From the NCBI RefSeq assembly GCF_009914755.1, contig NC_060941.1: a stretch of 64,000 nucleotides of DNA; one strand, written 5' to 3'. The notes beneath the pieces are model-generated. The model ran no database searches, was not told where the DNA came from, and saw nothing but the letters and a program-made list of their open reading frames with translations. This DNA is from the human T2T-CHM13v2.0 reference genome, Homo sapiens. Below, one piece after another: positions 29,938-45,325 of this stretch (positions within the stretch are counted from its first letter, which is position 1; every line of letters starts with the position of its first letter). The position numbers and the translations under genes are program-made.

Positions 29938-30738
29938 TTTTTTTTTTACTTTTATTTTAGGTGCAGGGGTATATGTGAAGGTTTGTTATATAAGTAAACT
30001 TGTGTCACGGTGGTTTTTATACAGCTTACTTCACCACCCAGGTATTAAACCTGGTACCTAATAGTTATTTTTTCTGCTGCTCTCCTTCCTCCCAACACTG
30101 CACTCTCAGGTAGACCCCAGTGTCTGTTGTTCTCTTCTTTTGTGGTCATGAGTTTTCATCATCTAGCTGCCACTGATAGGTTAGAACATGCGGTATTTGG
30201 TTCTCTGTTTCCACTTTGGTTTGCTAAGAACAATGGCCTCCAGCTCCATTCATGTTCCCGCAAAGGTCATAATCTCCTTCTTTTTACTGGTTGCATAGTA
30301 TTCCATGGTACAAATGTACCACATTTTCTTTATCCAACTTGTCATTGGTAAGCCCTCAGGTTTACTCCATGTCTTTGCTATTGTGAATAGTGGTTCAGTG
30401 AACATTTGTATCCATGTGTCTTTATGATAGAATGATTTATATTCCTCTGGGTATATACTCAGTAATGGGATTGCTGGATCAAATGGTAGTTCCACTTTTA
30501 GCTCTCTGAAGAATTGCCATCTGCTTTCCACAAAGGTTTAACCAATTTACGCTCAGACCAACAGTGTGTGAGTGTTCCCTTTTCTCCACAACCTTGCCAG
30601 CATCTGTTATTTTTTGAGATTTTAATAACAGACATTCTGACTGGTATGAGAATGATATCTCATTGTGGTTCTTGTTTGCATTTCTCTACTGACCAGTGAT
30701 ATTGAGCTTTTTTTCGTATGCTTTTTGGCCACATGTCT
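29938..30738 (-). mobile_element. L1PA13-like, 5'-truncated
   Basis: T-run at 29938-29947, 3'UTR 'aaacttgtgtcacgg...cacccaggtattaaacc' and ORF 30250-30531 (ELPFDPAIPLLSIYPEEYK). Confidence 0.9.
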
Positions 30739-30739
30739 T

Positions 30740-30839
30740 CAAGCATTTAAAAATGTAAACACTATGTTTAACTCAAAGGCCATTCAAAAACAGGTGGTAG
30801 ACAGGATTTGGTTCAAGATCCATAATTTATTCACCACTG
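30740..30839 (+). mobile_element. MER58B, terminal part
   Basis: 'catttaaaaatgtaaacac...aaaaacaggtggtagacaggatttgg...ccactg' is the continuation of MER58B. Confidence 0.8.
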
Positions 30840-31190
30840 TTTTATTTTATCTTCTATATGTGTTAAAGTTTTGTCTATCACTTAATAATGCTTTCCACAG
30901 GGAAAAAAATAGGCATATCTGTACAATTACTTTGTTAGAAAAAGGGCTGAAAGCTGGTGAGCTACATTCACATACTGCACATGTGGCCCACATTAATAAA
31001 TTCAGCACAATTACAAATTGATTTTTTGTTTTTCCTTTAGAGCTAGTGAATAATAAATCAGAAGCACAAATATTGCAGGTACAAAAAAGAGTAGACAACT
31101 GCTAATGTTCTACCATTTGTGAAGAATGTCAAATGAAAACATTATGTTACCTCTCATTTGGTTACACATTGCAATAAAATAAGAATAGCT

Positions 31191-31307
31191 AGCCACATGC
31201 AGTGACTCACACCTGTAATCCCAGCACTTTGGGAGGCTGAGGCAGGAGGATTGCTTGAGGCCAGGAGTGGGAGACTAGCCTGGAGTACATTGCAAAATCT
31301 GTCTCTT

Positions 31308-31340
<33 letters not shown>
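31191..31340 (+). mobile_element. FLAM/Alu monomer with a (CA)n tail
   Basis: Single left arm 'cctgtaatcccagcactttgggaggctgaggcaggaggattgcttgagg', (CA)~15, and a flanking 'aatagct' TSD remnant. Confidence 0.85.
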
Positions 31341-31343
<3 letters not shown>

Positions 31344-31607
31344 GGTGTGTAAATATATAAAAAATAATAGCTGTTACCTGGGGAAAGTGTGCTGACATGA
31401 AGTGAAGCCAATCCATTACATCAGTTTCAAAATAGGGGCGATTTGTTGATACATATAAGTACACAAAGTCCATTATCTAACACATCTTGCATTGTTTGAT
31501 TAATTGATGTAGTATTTTTTGAGCACTTACTATGTGGCAGGCTTCCTGAAAAGAGCTAGAAACAATATTTGTTCAATGCTTACCCAAATTATTTTGCTTA
31601 CTCTTTA

Positions 31608-31665
31608 AGGAAGAAAAAAATGAAGGAAAGAAAGAAAAAGAGAGAGAGAGAAAGAAAGAAAGAAA

Positions 31666-31714
<49 letters not shown>

Positions 31715-31921
31715 AGAAAGAGAAGGAAGGAAGGAAGGAAAGAAAAAGAAAGAAAGAAAGAGTGAAAAGATGAATGGAAGAAAAGAAGGAAGGAAGAAAA
31801 GAAGGAAGAAAGGAAGAAAAGAAGGAAGGAAGGAGGGAAGGATGGAAGGAAAGGGGGAAGGAGGGAGAGAGGGAGAAAGGAAGAGAGAGAGGGAGGGAGG
31901 GGAGCGAAGAAGTAAGGAAAG
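31608..31921. repeat. Compound purine-rich microsatellite (GAAA/GGAA/GA/GGGA)
   Basis: ~310 bp, almost entirely A/G on the + strand. Confidence 0.97.
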
Positions 31922-32230
31922 ACAATTCTTTCCCCCAAAAAAGAAAAATTACACAAATAATCTAAAGAGACAAATGTATAAATATTGTGAAGAAATGGAG
32001 TAATGGACTGAAGAAGATGTAACAAAATTGAAGATCATTTAGACAGTAGGGTTAGACAGAGTCTCTCTGAGAAAATGACTACCAAGGTAAAATTTCACAC
32101 CCATTTCCAATTAGAGATTATCTTTCCCATTATAATAATAAGAATTGCAGTGCCTTGCAATGTGATCATCTGTGTTATCCACATAGGTTACACTTTTTTT
32201 GTTGTTGTTGTTGCTCTCCCACCAGGAAGC

Positions 32231-33656
<1,426 letters not shown>

Positions 33657-33689
33657 GGACTAGATTACACTTTTTAATTCACTCAAAGA

Positions 33690-33815
33690 CTCTATATCAG
33701 AGGAAGACATTAGGGCACAAGGAGGTTGAATAATTTCCCAATATCACAGAATATTAGTGGTGTTCAAATCATTATTTGAACCTTGATGACTTGATTCAAA
33801 GTGTGCATCCTTAAG
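33690..33815 (-). mobile_element. MIR fragment
   Basis: 'gaggaagacattagggcacaaggaggttgaataatttcccaatatcacag'. Confidence 0.7.
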
Positions 33816-35319
33816 CTAACTCATCTTGCCCCATTTTTTTTAATAGAACTTGGATTAGTCATTGACCATTTTCTAGCAATGAACTTTAGATGAGCTCTGG
33901 AACTTCTTGTTTTATGTGGATGTCATTCCTGCCACACTTTATTGTAAGCAGCACATTACTACAATAAATATGTTATACATGCTATTGGATTGCTGCCTAG
34001 TCTCACACTCAAGCAATTTATATATTTGTGCTACCAACCATGGTGTGTTTATTTAAAATTTTAATTTTCATGGGACTATGTTATATGCCATATTTCCAAA
34101 TTTCAAGAGAAGTTAATATGCAATAGTATTTTTTTCACCTTTTATTTAAATTTTGTTACTTATGCAAAGTAGAGTTCTAGATCTATGTTCTCATTTCTTT
34201 TTCTGTGCTTGGCATTGTATTCATTGCACAGAGGATTCTTAATATAGTTGCCAATACTGCATAGTAGTCATTGTTCTCAAATTTACTACAGATGAATCTT
34301 AATGCTACCTCAAATATTATATTGCTCTTATTATTTGTTTGTGTGTTTCATTGATTATCCCTGCAGTGGCAGAAGCTGGGATGCTGGTTAACTCTCCCTA
34401 GGTTACTGTTTAGAGTTGTAGTTTTATCTATTTTTTTACTCCTTGGTTTAAATACACATTGATTTTAAGTGAGTTCACAGCTTCTTACAATTCTCCTAGT
34501 TTACTGTACTTGATGCTTAGTATAACAATATTGATTTTCTAACCAAACATTTTAACTTCACTATGTGAATATATTGAACAATAGGCTTGGGAACATATGT
34601 TTCTATTATTTCCTTCAGATAGTAGGGAATGGAAAATCGGTACAAACACTAGGTCCCCACTTGTAATTTATTTATATGATGCCCCCATACTCAATTGAAG
34701 CAAGCAGCAGCAATGTACATCCTGCAACATCTCAAGTTAGATTAAAGGCTGAACATCAAGAAAGGAATGTATAATTTTGGTGCATGCTAGGTTACAATGC
34801 AATCCCTTTCCAAGGCAAACTCCATGCTTTGGTATCTTGAAAGCCAGAATACATACAATACATTAGGGTTAGTATAACTTGCTTTCTTCTAGGGCTTTTC
34901 ACAAGAGGCTTGTGAGAATTTCAGCACTGAAAACATTACACCAGAACATGAGCTGGCAGGAAGAAGGTCTGCAGATTTCCCTCCCTGGAGGAAATAATGA
35001 GTGGATTGAAAATGGACTATTTTTGAAACATTGTTATAATTTCCACTATCAGTTGTTGACATCTTATAAAAAAGTTATCTTTGTTTTAAGTTACTTATAC
35101 AATTGTCTGAAAATGTGATGCTTTTAGTATTCTCCTTGTCTGACAGCACAATGTTTAAACAATTTTGTGTAATATGAGTTTCAATGTTTTAAATACATAT
35201 TAAAGACACATACTTTACTAATAACACAAGAACGTTTTCAATAATTTCAAAAATATTTAATTGATCCCTATAAAATACTCACCTATGCAAAATATTTGAT
35301 ATTTATATAGAAAGTCATT

Positions 35320-35728
35320 GATTTGTGCATATATGCACCTCCCTCCCCCGTGAAATCCATATGTTGAAGCCCTAACCCCAGTACTGTTAATAATTCCCAA
35401 TTCTGCAGAATGTACATTTATTTTAGGATAGGTCATTTAAAGAGATAATTATGTTAAAATAAGGCCTTTAGGGTAGGCTTTAATTAAAACTGACTGGTGT
35501 CTGTATAAGAAGAAACGATATACAGGGAGGTAACAGGATTTGCAGGGCACAGAGGAAAGACCCTTTGAGGACACAGTGAGAAAGTGGCCACCTGCAAGGC
35601 AAGGAGAATCAAACTTGTCGACATCTCCATCTTGGATTTCCAGCCTCCAAAACTGTGAGAAAATAAATTTATCTTGTGTAAGCCACCCAGTCTGCAGTAT
35701 TTTGTTATGGAAACCATAACAAAATAAT
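35320..35728 (+). mobile_element. MLT1A-type MaLR LTR
   Basis: 'catatgttgaagccctaacccc' and 'ttccagcctccaaaactgtgagaaaataaattt...agccacccagtctg'. Confidence 0.85.
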
Positions 35729-35732
35729 AAAA

Positions 35733-36048
35733 TAGTACCCCCTTATCTGCAGGGGATATATTCCAAGACCCTTGGTGAATCCCTGAAACCACAGGTAAAA
35801 CCAGACTCTATGTATACTTTGTTTTCTCCTATACATACATACCTACCGTAAATTCTAATTTATAAATTAGGCACAGTAATAGATGAGCAATAATAACCAG
35901 TAATTATATAGAACAATAACAATCTACTGTAATAAATAAAAGTTATGATAATATAATCTCTGTCTCTCAAAATATTGTACTGTATTCACCTGTTTTTGAA
36001 CAGCAGTTGACTTGGGTAAATGAAACTGCAGATTATGGGGGACTACTG
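35733..36048. mobile_element. MER44-type (Tigger7-derived) MITE
   Basis: Inverted ends 'tagtacccccttatctgcag' and 'ctgcagattatgggggactactg', followed by TA. Confidence 0.85.
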
Positions 36049-37422
36049 TATGCATATCATCTTCAAAAACCAAATCTTTAATGAGGAATGATGAAGGACA
36101 GCAACACTCCTTTGCCAGTTGTTCATTCTTAGAACAGTTCACTGCTGGGGCCTTTCTTCCAGAATAGTAATAACTCACTATAAACACCTAATTTTTTTAA
36201 CCAGTAAAGTAAAACTTTGTTTTATTTCATACCATTTTCTCAGTGTCTAGAATGATACCTGACACACAGTAAGCACTCAAAAGAACTGATCGAGTTAGAA
36301 GAAATATGAAATTTCATTGTGAAAGAAGACTGCTTTCCTTTGAATTAATTCAAGGACACACTAGATGAGAATGGTCATTGACCAAGATAAGAAATACATA
36401 CGAAATAAAATAGTTTTGCTAAAAATGCCGATTGTATTGCTTAAATGAGTCAAGAGAGAACTTTGTACTAAAATATTCATAGTTTAAGTTAATTCCAATT
36501 TAGAGGAGACTCAGTCTGCTGCAACAATGATAGTGGCACATAATGGTCACAGAACTCATTTTTAAAATAGATCCATTACCAAAAAAGTGTTTGTTAAGCA
36601 ATAAAAAATCGAAAATCAATTCCTTCCTTTTCATTTGACTTTCATCAAAACATTTAAAATAGTTTTTTTATTCTGTTCTTACCAACCTATGAACAAAATG
36701 AATCTCTTAACAGACAAATTTTAGAAAATGCTAAAATTAATGTATAAGCCATAAGCTGTCATTAAAACACCTATATTTGTATGATTTTTGTAAGAATGAT
36801 TTATGCAATAACTTAAAGTCCAAAGGAAAAGCTAAAAGGAATAGCTAAATAGAACACAGCATATTGAAAGTTCCTTCTGTTTTATTAAAGTCTCTCCCTA
36901 GAGCTTTCAGCAAAACTTTGGGTCACTGAAAAGATTCTATAGGTAATGTTGGAAAAAGAAGGATATTTGTAAAGATAGAGAAGAGAAATGTATGGGTAAA
37001 CTGGGGAGGCAAGGATTGAGAGCACCTCAGTTCTCAAATTGACTGGTTCAATGCAGGTAGGATAAAAGACCTGGCAGCCCATGTACTCATTCATTTTTGC
37101 AAAACACTATACGTTTAAAAATAATCTAGAGAGTTGTTTGGGAAAATACAATTACAAAAACTGTCTCCCACCCCTCCCCAAAATGTCCAAAAATGTAGTC
37201 AAAAATGAGAACAATTTTATTATTGAATAAACACTGAACATGAATATAATGCACACCACAGGCAATCCGAGAGGCTTCAAAAACAGAAATAAATTTCATC
37301 CTTTTATATAGTCAAACAAATGCAACCCATTACATACATACTTTAAAGATAAACAATAGATAATCCCCAAGAAAACTTGATAGCACCATTTGTCACACAT
37401 GGTTCAGTCTAGATTCACCTGG

Positions 37423-37863
37423 TGATACAGTTTGGATATTTGTCTCTTTCAAATATCGTGTTGAAATGTAGCCCCCAGTGTTGGAGGTGGGGCTTGGTGG
37501 GAGGTGTCTGGATTACTGTGGTGGATCCCTCATGAATGGCTTAGCTTGGGGCTGTCCTTGCAGTGATGAGTGAGTTATCATGATGAGTGAGTCCTCACCC
37601 TATTAGTTACAGAAAAATCTGATGGTTAAAAAGAGCCTGGAACCTGCTTTTCTCTCCCTTGCTCCTTCTTTCACCACATGAAACACAAGCTGCCTTTACC
37701 TTTCACTATGAGTGAAAGCTCCCTGCAGCCCTCACCAGAAACAGATGCCAGTGCCATGCTTCTTACATAGCCTGCAGTACTGTGAGCCAAATAAATCTCT
37801 TTTCTTTATCAATTACTCCAGCCTCAGGTATTCCTTTATAGCAATGCAAAGCAGACTAACATA
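37423..37863 (+). mobile_element. MSTB-type MaLR solo LTR
   Basis: 'tgatacagtttggatatttg...gactaacata' with a 5-bp TSD cctgg at 37418-37422 and 37864-37868. Confidence 0.92.
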
Positions 37864-38228
37864 CCTGGTAACTGCAGTGACTGGTGTTAGCTAATTGATG
37901 GTATTCAATGAAAAAACACACTTTTATATTTTTATGAAAAAAGGTAATTTTGTAACTTGGAGCAAGGCATCCACTAAAGTGAGGCTCCTACCCTCTTACA
38001 ATAACTGGGATATAGGAGTGCTGTTTCTCTTGATGTTTGCATTTCAAGGAGATGGCTCCCATGCTTTTGAGAAAGACTTGCCTAGGTCATAAAAGCCTAT
38101 CTAGTTTTCAAAAGGATGTACATACATCTCAAAGAGGGGAGAAAGTACTTATGTAATTACAAGTTTTCTAACGTAAATGCTCTAAGAAAAAGGAGAAGAG
38201 AGAAATCTCTATTTTCAACATGGAGAAT

Positions 38229-38654
38229 TGAGGAGACAAAAGTGGCTCCATCTTAGATGCTAATCTGCCATATTGACTTCTGATCAGCCCCAGTCCCAGG
38301 AATGCCTCCTAATTTCTACTGTATTTACTGTTGTTATGGTAAGACTATGTCACCCTTGATGTTACTGCACAAATTATAGGCTATGATGCATATAGCATGC
38401 TCGCCTGTTCTGGAAGTTTGCCTTTAATTGTCTTGCTGGAGCGCATATGCCCTTTCCCTATGGTTTAGAAGCCCTGGGTATGGAGAGTAATGGGGTGGAG
38501 ACTTGCTTGTCTTGTTGTCACCTAAGACCATGCTTCTGTCTGTAAATTCCCCCAACAAAACACTTTACCAACAAACTGGATTTGTCTGCTTTGATTTCTC
38601 AGTTACTTCAGCATTTGTGGGTCACTTTGCATATACAGTTCTTCCATGAAACCA
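38229..38654 (+). mobile_element. ERVL solo LTR (LTR47-like)
   Basis: TG...CA ends, 5-bp TSD agaat at 38224-38228 and 38655-38659, and 'ctccatcttagatgctaatctgcca'. Confidence 0.8.
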
Positions 38655-38721
38655 AGAATTAAGCCTCTTATTTTTACTTTGTATTTCTATTCATACAGTT
38701 ATTATCATTATTTTGATAGTA

Positions 38722-38800
38722 TTAGTTTGGTGCAAAAATAATTGTGGTTTTATCATTGCTTTTAATGGCAAAAACTGCAATTACTTTTGCACCAACCTAA
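38722..38800. mobile_element. MADE1 (Hsmar1-derived MITE)
   Basis: ~80-bp near-palindrome 'ttagtttggtgcaaaaataattg...caattacttttgcaccaacctaa' with TA flanks. Confidence 0.95.
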
Positions 38801-39505
38801 TATATAGCAATAGATTAAGTAAAATGAAATCATAGGCAACCCACCAGTAAGGAAGTAGATTTTTCAGTCGCTATACATCCTCTCTTTTAAAATAGTAGGT
38901 TTATGGGTGATTCACACTCTAACTGCTAAACATAAACGTATCATGGACATGAATATGCTGCCCAAAAAAAGGGTTAAGAAAAATATCCACAACAGCTTAG
39001 TTTGATAATGATGAAGAAAAATCAAGAGTATTTAATTAATTCAAGAATAGTACAAACTCAAAACAACTCTGATGACCCACAGGTAACATTTCCTATAGAA
39101 AAAATATATAAATCCCAATTATCTATAGGAGCCTTGTAAAATTATCTGGCATTCTTAGAAGCCAAATTTTTTAATAGAATACAGAATTACAATCTTCATG
39201 AAACCTTAATAACACCCTGAATTTAATTTGAGTAATAAATGATCGTATGTCTTAATAACTCACCTAATAGCTTATTTATAAGTAGCTTCTCTCATTAAAA
39301 CTAAGAGTCAAGAAATTATATTAACTTAATCTATGAGGAAGTTAGTGTGTGTGTGTGTGTAGTTGAGGCTTACAACAAAGTAAGGACTATGCTTCAAAGG
39401 TATTGCATAGCATATATTCATAGAAGACCAAGCTAGCTGTAGATATAGATAGGTAGAAGTCCCAAATGTTTGGAGATAACAATCTCAGGGTGCTGAAAGA
39501 CATTC

Positions 39506-39511
39506 TTTATT

Positions 39512-39554
<43 letters not shown>

Positions 39555-39845
39555 TTTTGGAGAAAGGGTCTTGCTCTGTCCTCCAGGCTGGAGAGTAGTG
39601 ACGTCACCACGTCTACCTGCAGCCTCCACCTCCTGGGCTCAGGTGATCCCTCCACCTCAGCCTCTGGAGTAGCTGAAACCACAGGCATACACCACCATGC
39701 CTGGCTAATTTTTAAGATTATTTTGTAGAGATGGAGTATTGCCATGTTGCCCAGGCTTGTCTTGAACTCCTGGGTCAAAGCAATCCTCCTTCCTCAACTA
39801 CTCCCAAAGTGCTGGGGTTACAGGCATGAGCCACTGCACCTGGCC
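39506..39845 (-). mobile_element. AluJ with a (TTTA)n tail
   Basis: Diverged dimer with J-type 'ttgccatgttgcccaggct'; tail expanded to (TTTA)~11. Confidence 0.9.
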
Positions 39846-40499
39846 TTGATTTAGAATTTAACTCACAAGTCCTAAATCAGTTCCTATTATTATCATGCCG
39901 TTTATATCTTCAGTCTAGTACTAAAAATTCCTTTTGATATATGAACTTTACCTACACTAGATATTAATAGCTATCAAGCCATTTTTAATCATTAATTCAG
40001 AAGCTCAATGACTTTATCATATTCAAAGTAAAGTTAAATGGAAAGGTGAAGTAGCTTTGTGTCCCAGTACGGCTTTTACAACTTCATTACCTTAAAATGA
40101 GTTAATTGTGTCTTCTGAATCTATTTTCTCACAGAAAATTTGGATTATAGCCCACTTCAATTTTTTTTCATAATTAAACAATACATGTGACTGGTTGAGA
40201 AAACCTCAGCGTTTTCTATTCATCATCTTTCACGTTAGAATGGGGAACGGGGTGTTACAGAGGAAGTGTTGGTAAGAGGGTAGTATAATGTATGTAGAAT
40301 GGAATTCTACCACCACGGGAATAAATAACTTTTATAAATTAGGAGTAATTATGTGACAATTAAGTGCTTTCACAGAGTTAAATCAATACATTTTCAAATA
40401 AAGGAAAGTCGCCAAACATGGACCGGAAAGATTTTGTTCTATGGTTAGGAATAATTTTTAAAGTAGATTGCATGGAAGTCTCTATGAATTGTTGTATTA

Positions 40500-41250
<751 letters not shown>

Positions 41251-41329
41251 AGCTCAGAGAATCCATGTAACCAGCCTCCAGATTTGTAAATATTTTATTA
41301 CCAGCATGTAAAGATCTTTCTTCAAATCC

Positions 41330-43250
41330 TTTCCTTCCCTCAGATTTATATATGTTTCAAGACTTTGTGACTACGTAGTATATAAGTGAGTTAGGTTAAG
41401 TTTGTTAATTGTGTTGCTCAGATATTCTACATCTTCACTGATATTTTGTCTGTATTTTCTGTTATGGAGAAAAGTGTCTTATTTCCCTTTATGCTGGTCA
41501 ATTTTTATGTTTTCCCTTTCTGTTAACAGTTAATTTAAATGTCTTCAAACTATATTTTTGTATGTATATACATTTAAGATTATTATATATTAATGTTATA
41601 TGGATGGCATTATATTAATATTATATAGATACATTATAGAGAATCCTTCTTTACCTCTAGCACTGCTTCTTCCCATAAAGTCTCCTTTGTCTGACATTTG
41701 TTTTGTTATACCATCTTCTTATCAGGTAGTGTTTGTATAAATGTTTTTTCTGTTCTTTAACTTCTGATTTTTAAGGTAGATAGATAACATATATTATATA
41801 AAATATACTTATCCATAATACATATTACATACATATATTTAAAGAGTGTCCCTATGTTTTACTCAATTCATTTTGGCAGCTGTATTTTATTTGAAGCAGT
41901 CAGCTTATTTATATTTAACACAGTTACTACCAAATTGGGTTTATTAATCTCTTTTGGCTCATCAGTTTTATGTTGCTTTTCTCTCCTTTATTTACTTCTT
42001 TCAATAATTTTATATTTTTATTATTCCATACATTCCTTTCATTGACTGGTTAAATATATATTCTCTTACCATTCTCAGAGATTACAACATGCATCCTTTA
42101 CTTTTTAAAGTCTAATATAAATTTTGTCTTTGCCATATTCTTAATGCAGCTAGAATTATAGAAATTTTGAAACTCCTTAGCAGTTTTTACTATGATTGCC
42201 TTTAATTTCAGTTCTGTGTATAATTTAAATGAAACTATGCTTCATAAAATCAGTGTTTGTTCGTATTTGACTTCCTATTTGCTTTTTCTGATGTTTTTCA
42301 CTTTCCCTTGCATTTTCTTTTGGAATCATTTTCCTGCTCCTTAAAGAATTCCCTTTAGATTTTCCATTCTTGTAGATCTACTTAAGAAAATTTCTCCCAT
42401 TTTTGTCTGAAAATGTCTTTTCCTACATGTGGTTTTGCCGAATATTATCTATTAGATATAGAATTCTATGTTGAAGTGTATTTTCTTTTGCCACTTTAAA
42501 GATGGGTATTATGGGCTGAATTGAGTCTCCTTCAAATTTATGTGTTGAAGTCCTAATCCTTAGTCACTTACAATGTGAGTGTATTTGGAGATAGGGTCTT
42601 TAAAGAGGTAATTATTAATAAAGTTAAACCAAGTCATTAATGTGGGACCCTAATCCAGTAGGACTAGTGTTCTTTTAAGAAAAGGAGACAGCAAGGGATG
42701 CACCCACACAGAGGAAAGGCGATGTGAATACCAACAAAAGGTGGCCATTTGTAAGCTAAGGAGAGCAACCTCAGAGAAAACAAACCTGCTGACACCTGCA
42801 TCGTGGAGTCCTAGCCTCCAGAACTGTGGGCAAATAGATTTCTGTTCTTGAAGCCCTCCAGTCTGTGCTATTTTGTAATAGCAACCTTAGCAATCCAATA
42901 TACATGGCATTACTTTATTTTCAGAATTTATTTTTTTCCTCTTGTTCTGTAGTCATTAGTTTTACTGTTGTCTCTTTGAAAGTATGATGTCTTTTCTTTC
43001 CTCTGGCTGCTTGTAAGACTTTTTTTGTTACTTGTCTTTAGTTTTCAAAAGTTTAGGGCTATTTGCTTATGTGTTGTTGTCTGGGAGTTTGCTGAGCTTC
43101 TTGGATTATTGGATTAACCTCTTTTGTTAATTATCTCTTCAAATATTGTTTCTATTCATTCACTTTCATTTCTTTCCTTCTGCAATCCCAACTGTATGTT
43201 TGTTAGTTCGTTTGAGAGTATTCCATGTCTTTAATTATTTGTTGTTTATT
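41330..43250 (-). mobile_element. Ancient L1ME-type fragment (endonuclease and ORF1 region), interrupted by MLT1
   Basis: T-rich antisense L1, e.g. 'ataaagtctcctttgtctgacat' and 'gagtttgctgagcttcttggat'. Confidence 0.6.
42506..42903 (+). mobile_element. MLT1A/B MaLR LTR
   Basis: 'tattatgggctgaattg...gtatttggagatagggtctttaaagaggtaatt...ctagcctccagaactgtg'. Confidence 0.88.
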
Positions 43251-43261
43251 TACACTATTTT

Positions 43262-44815
<1,554 letters not shown>

Positions 44816-45281
44816 TAGAAAAGAAACCAAAAAGAGAAACATTCCCCTCCCAAATAGCGAAAGCCTTGGGACCCTTTCCAGTAATACTCTGCCATCCTAT
44901 AAAAATAACGCTATGTCTGGCTTACATAGTATTATCATCTGTGGATATGTAATGACTGTTACAGATAAGGTGTCACGTGAGGGAGTTGATTGAATTTAGC
45001 TGCTTATGGATCAAGCTAGAATTCCCCATGTAGGAATTCCTGCCACGAGTATTGGATACAAGACCAACACCCTCATTCTTAAGCTCACCCTAATAGTAGT
45101 GCCAAGATAAATATTACTTTATCTTGTGAATTTTAAAACTACTTGCTGTATCCTTTATAGAAGGAGTCCAAGACTTCTCAAAGCTGTTTTCCTTTGGGAA
45201 AAAAAAAGTCAGTAGAAGTAACCTTAACATTTAAATTTTGCCTGTCTTTCTTTAATACTAAAGAATAACAGGTTATTAGCA

Positions 45282-45325
45282 TCCCAAAGTGCTGGGATTA
45301 CAGGCATGAGCCACCGCACCCATCC
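45282..45325 (-). mobile_element. Alu remnant, only the 5'-most 44 bp
   Basis: 'tcccaaagtgctgggattacaggcatgagccaccgcacccatcc' with no other Alu sequence nearby. Confidence 0.88.

Larger units (their letters stand above)
37135..38697 (-). mobile_element. ERV LTR, family unresolved, interrupted by two younger LTRs
   Basis: LTR-like sequence that is continuous across both inserts; antisense polyA signal 'tttatt' near 37216; ends in '..taca' at 38697. Confidence 0.55.

Noticed and set aside
31569-32025. 100-150 aa ORFs rich in K/E/R or F/L/S
   Set aside because: These are translations of the purine microsatellite, not genes.
44972-44981. GTCACGTGAG E-box/CLEAR-like motif
   Set aside because: It is a single short motif with no CpG island or promoter context.
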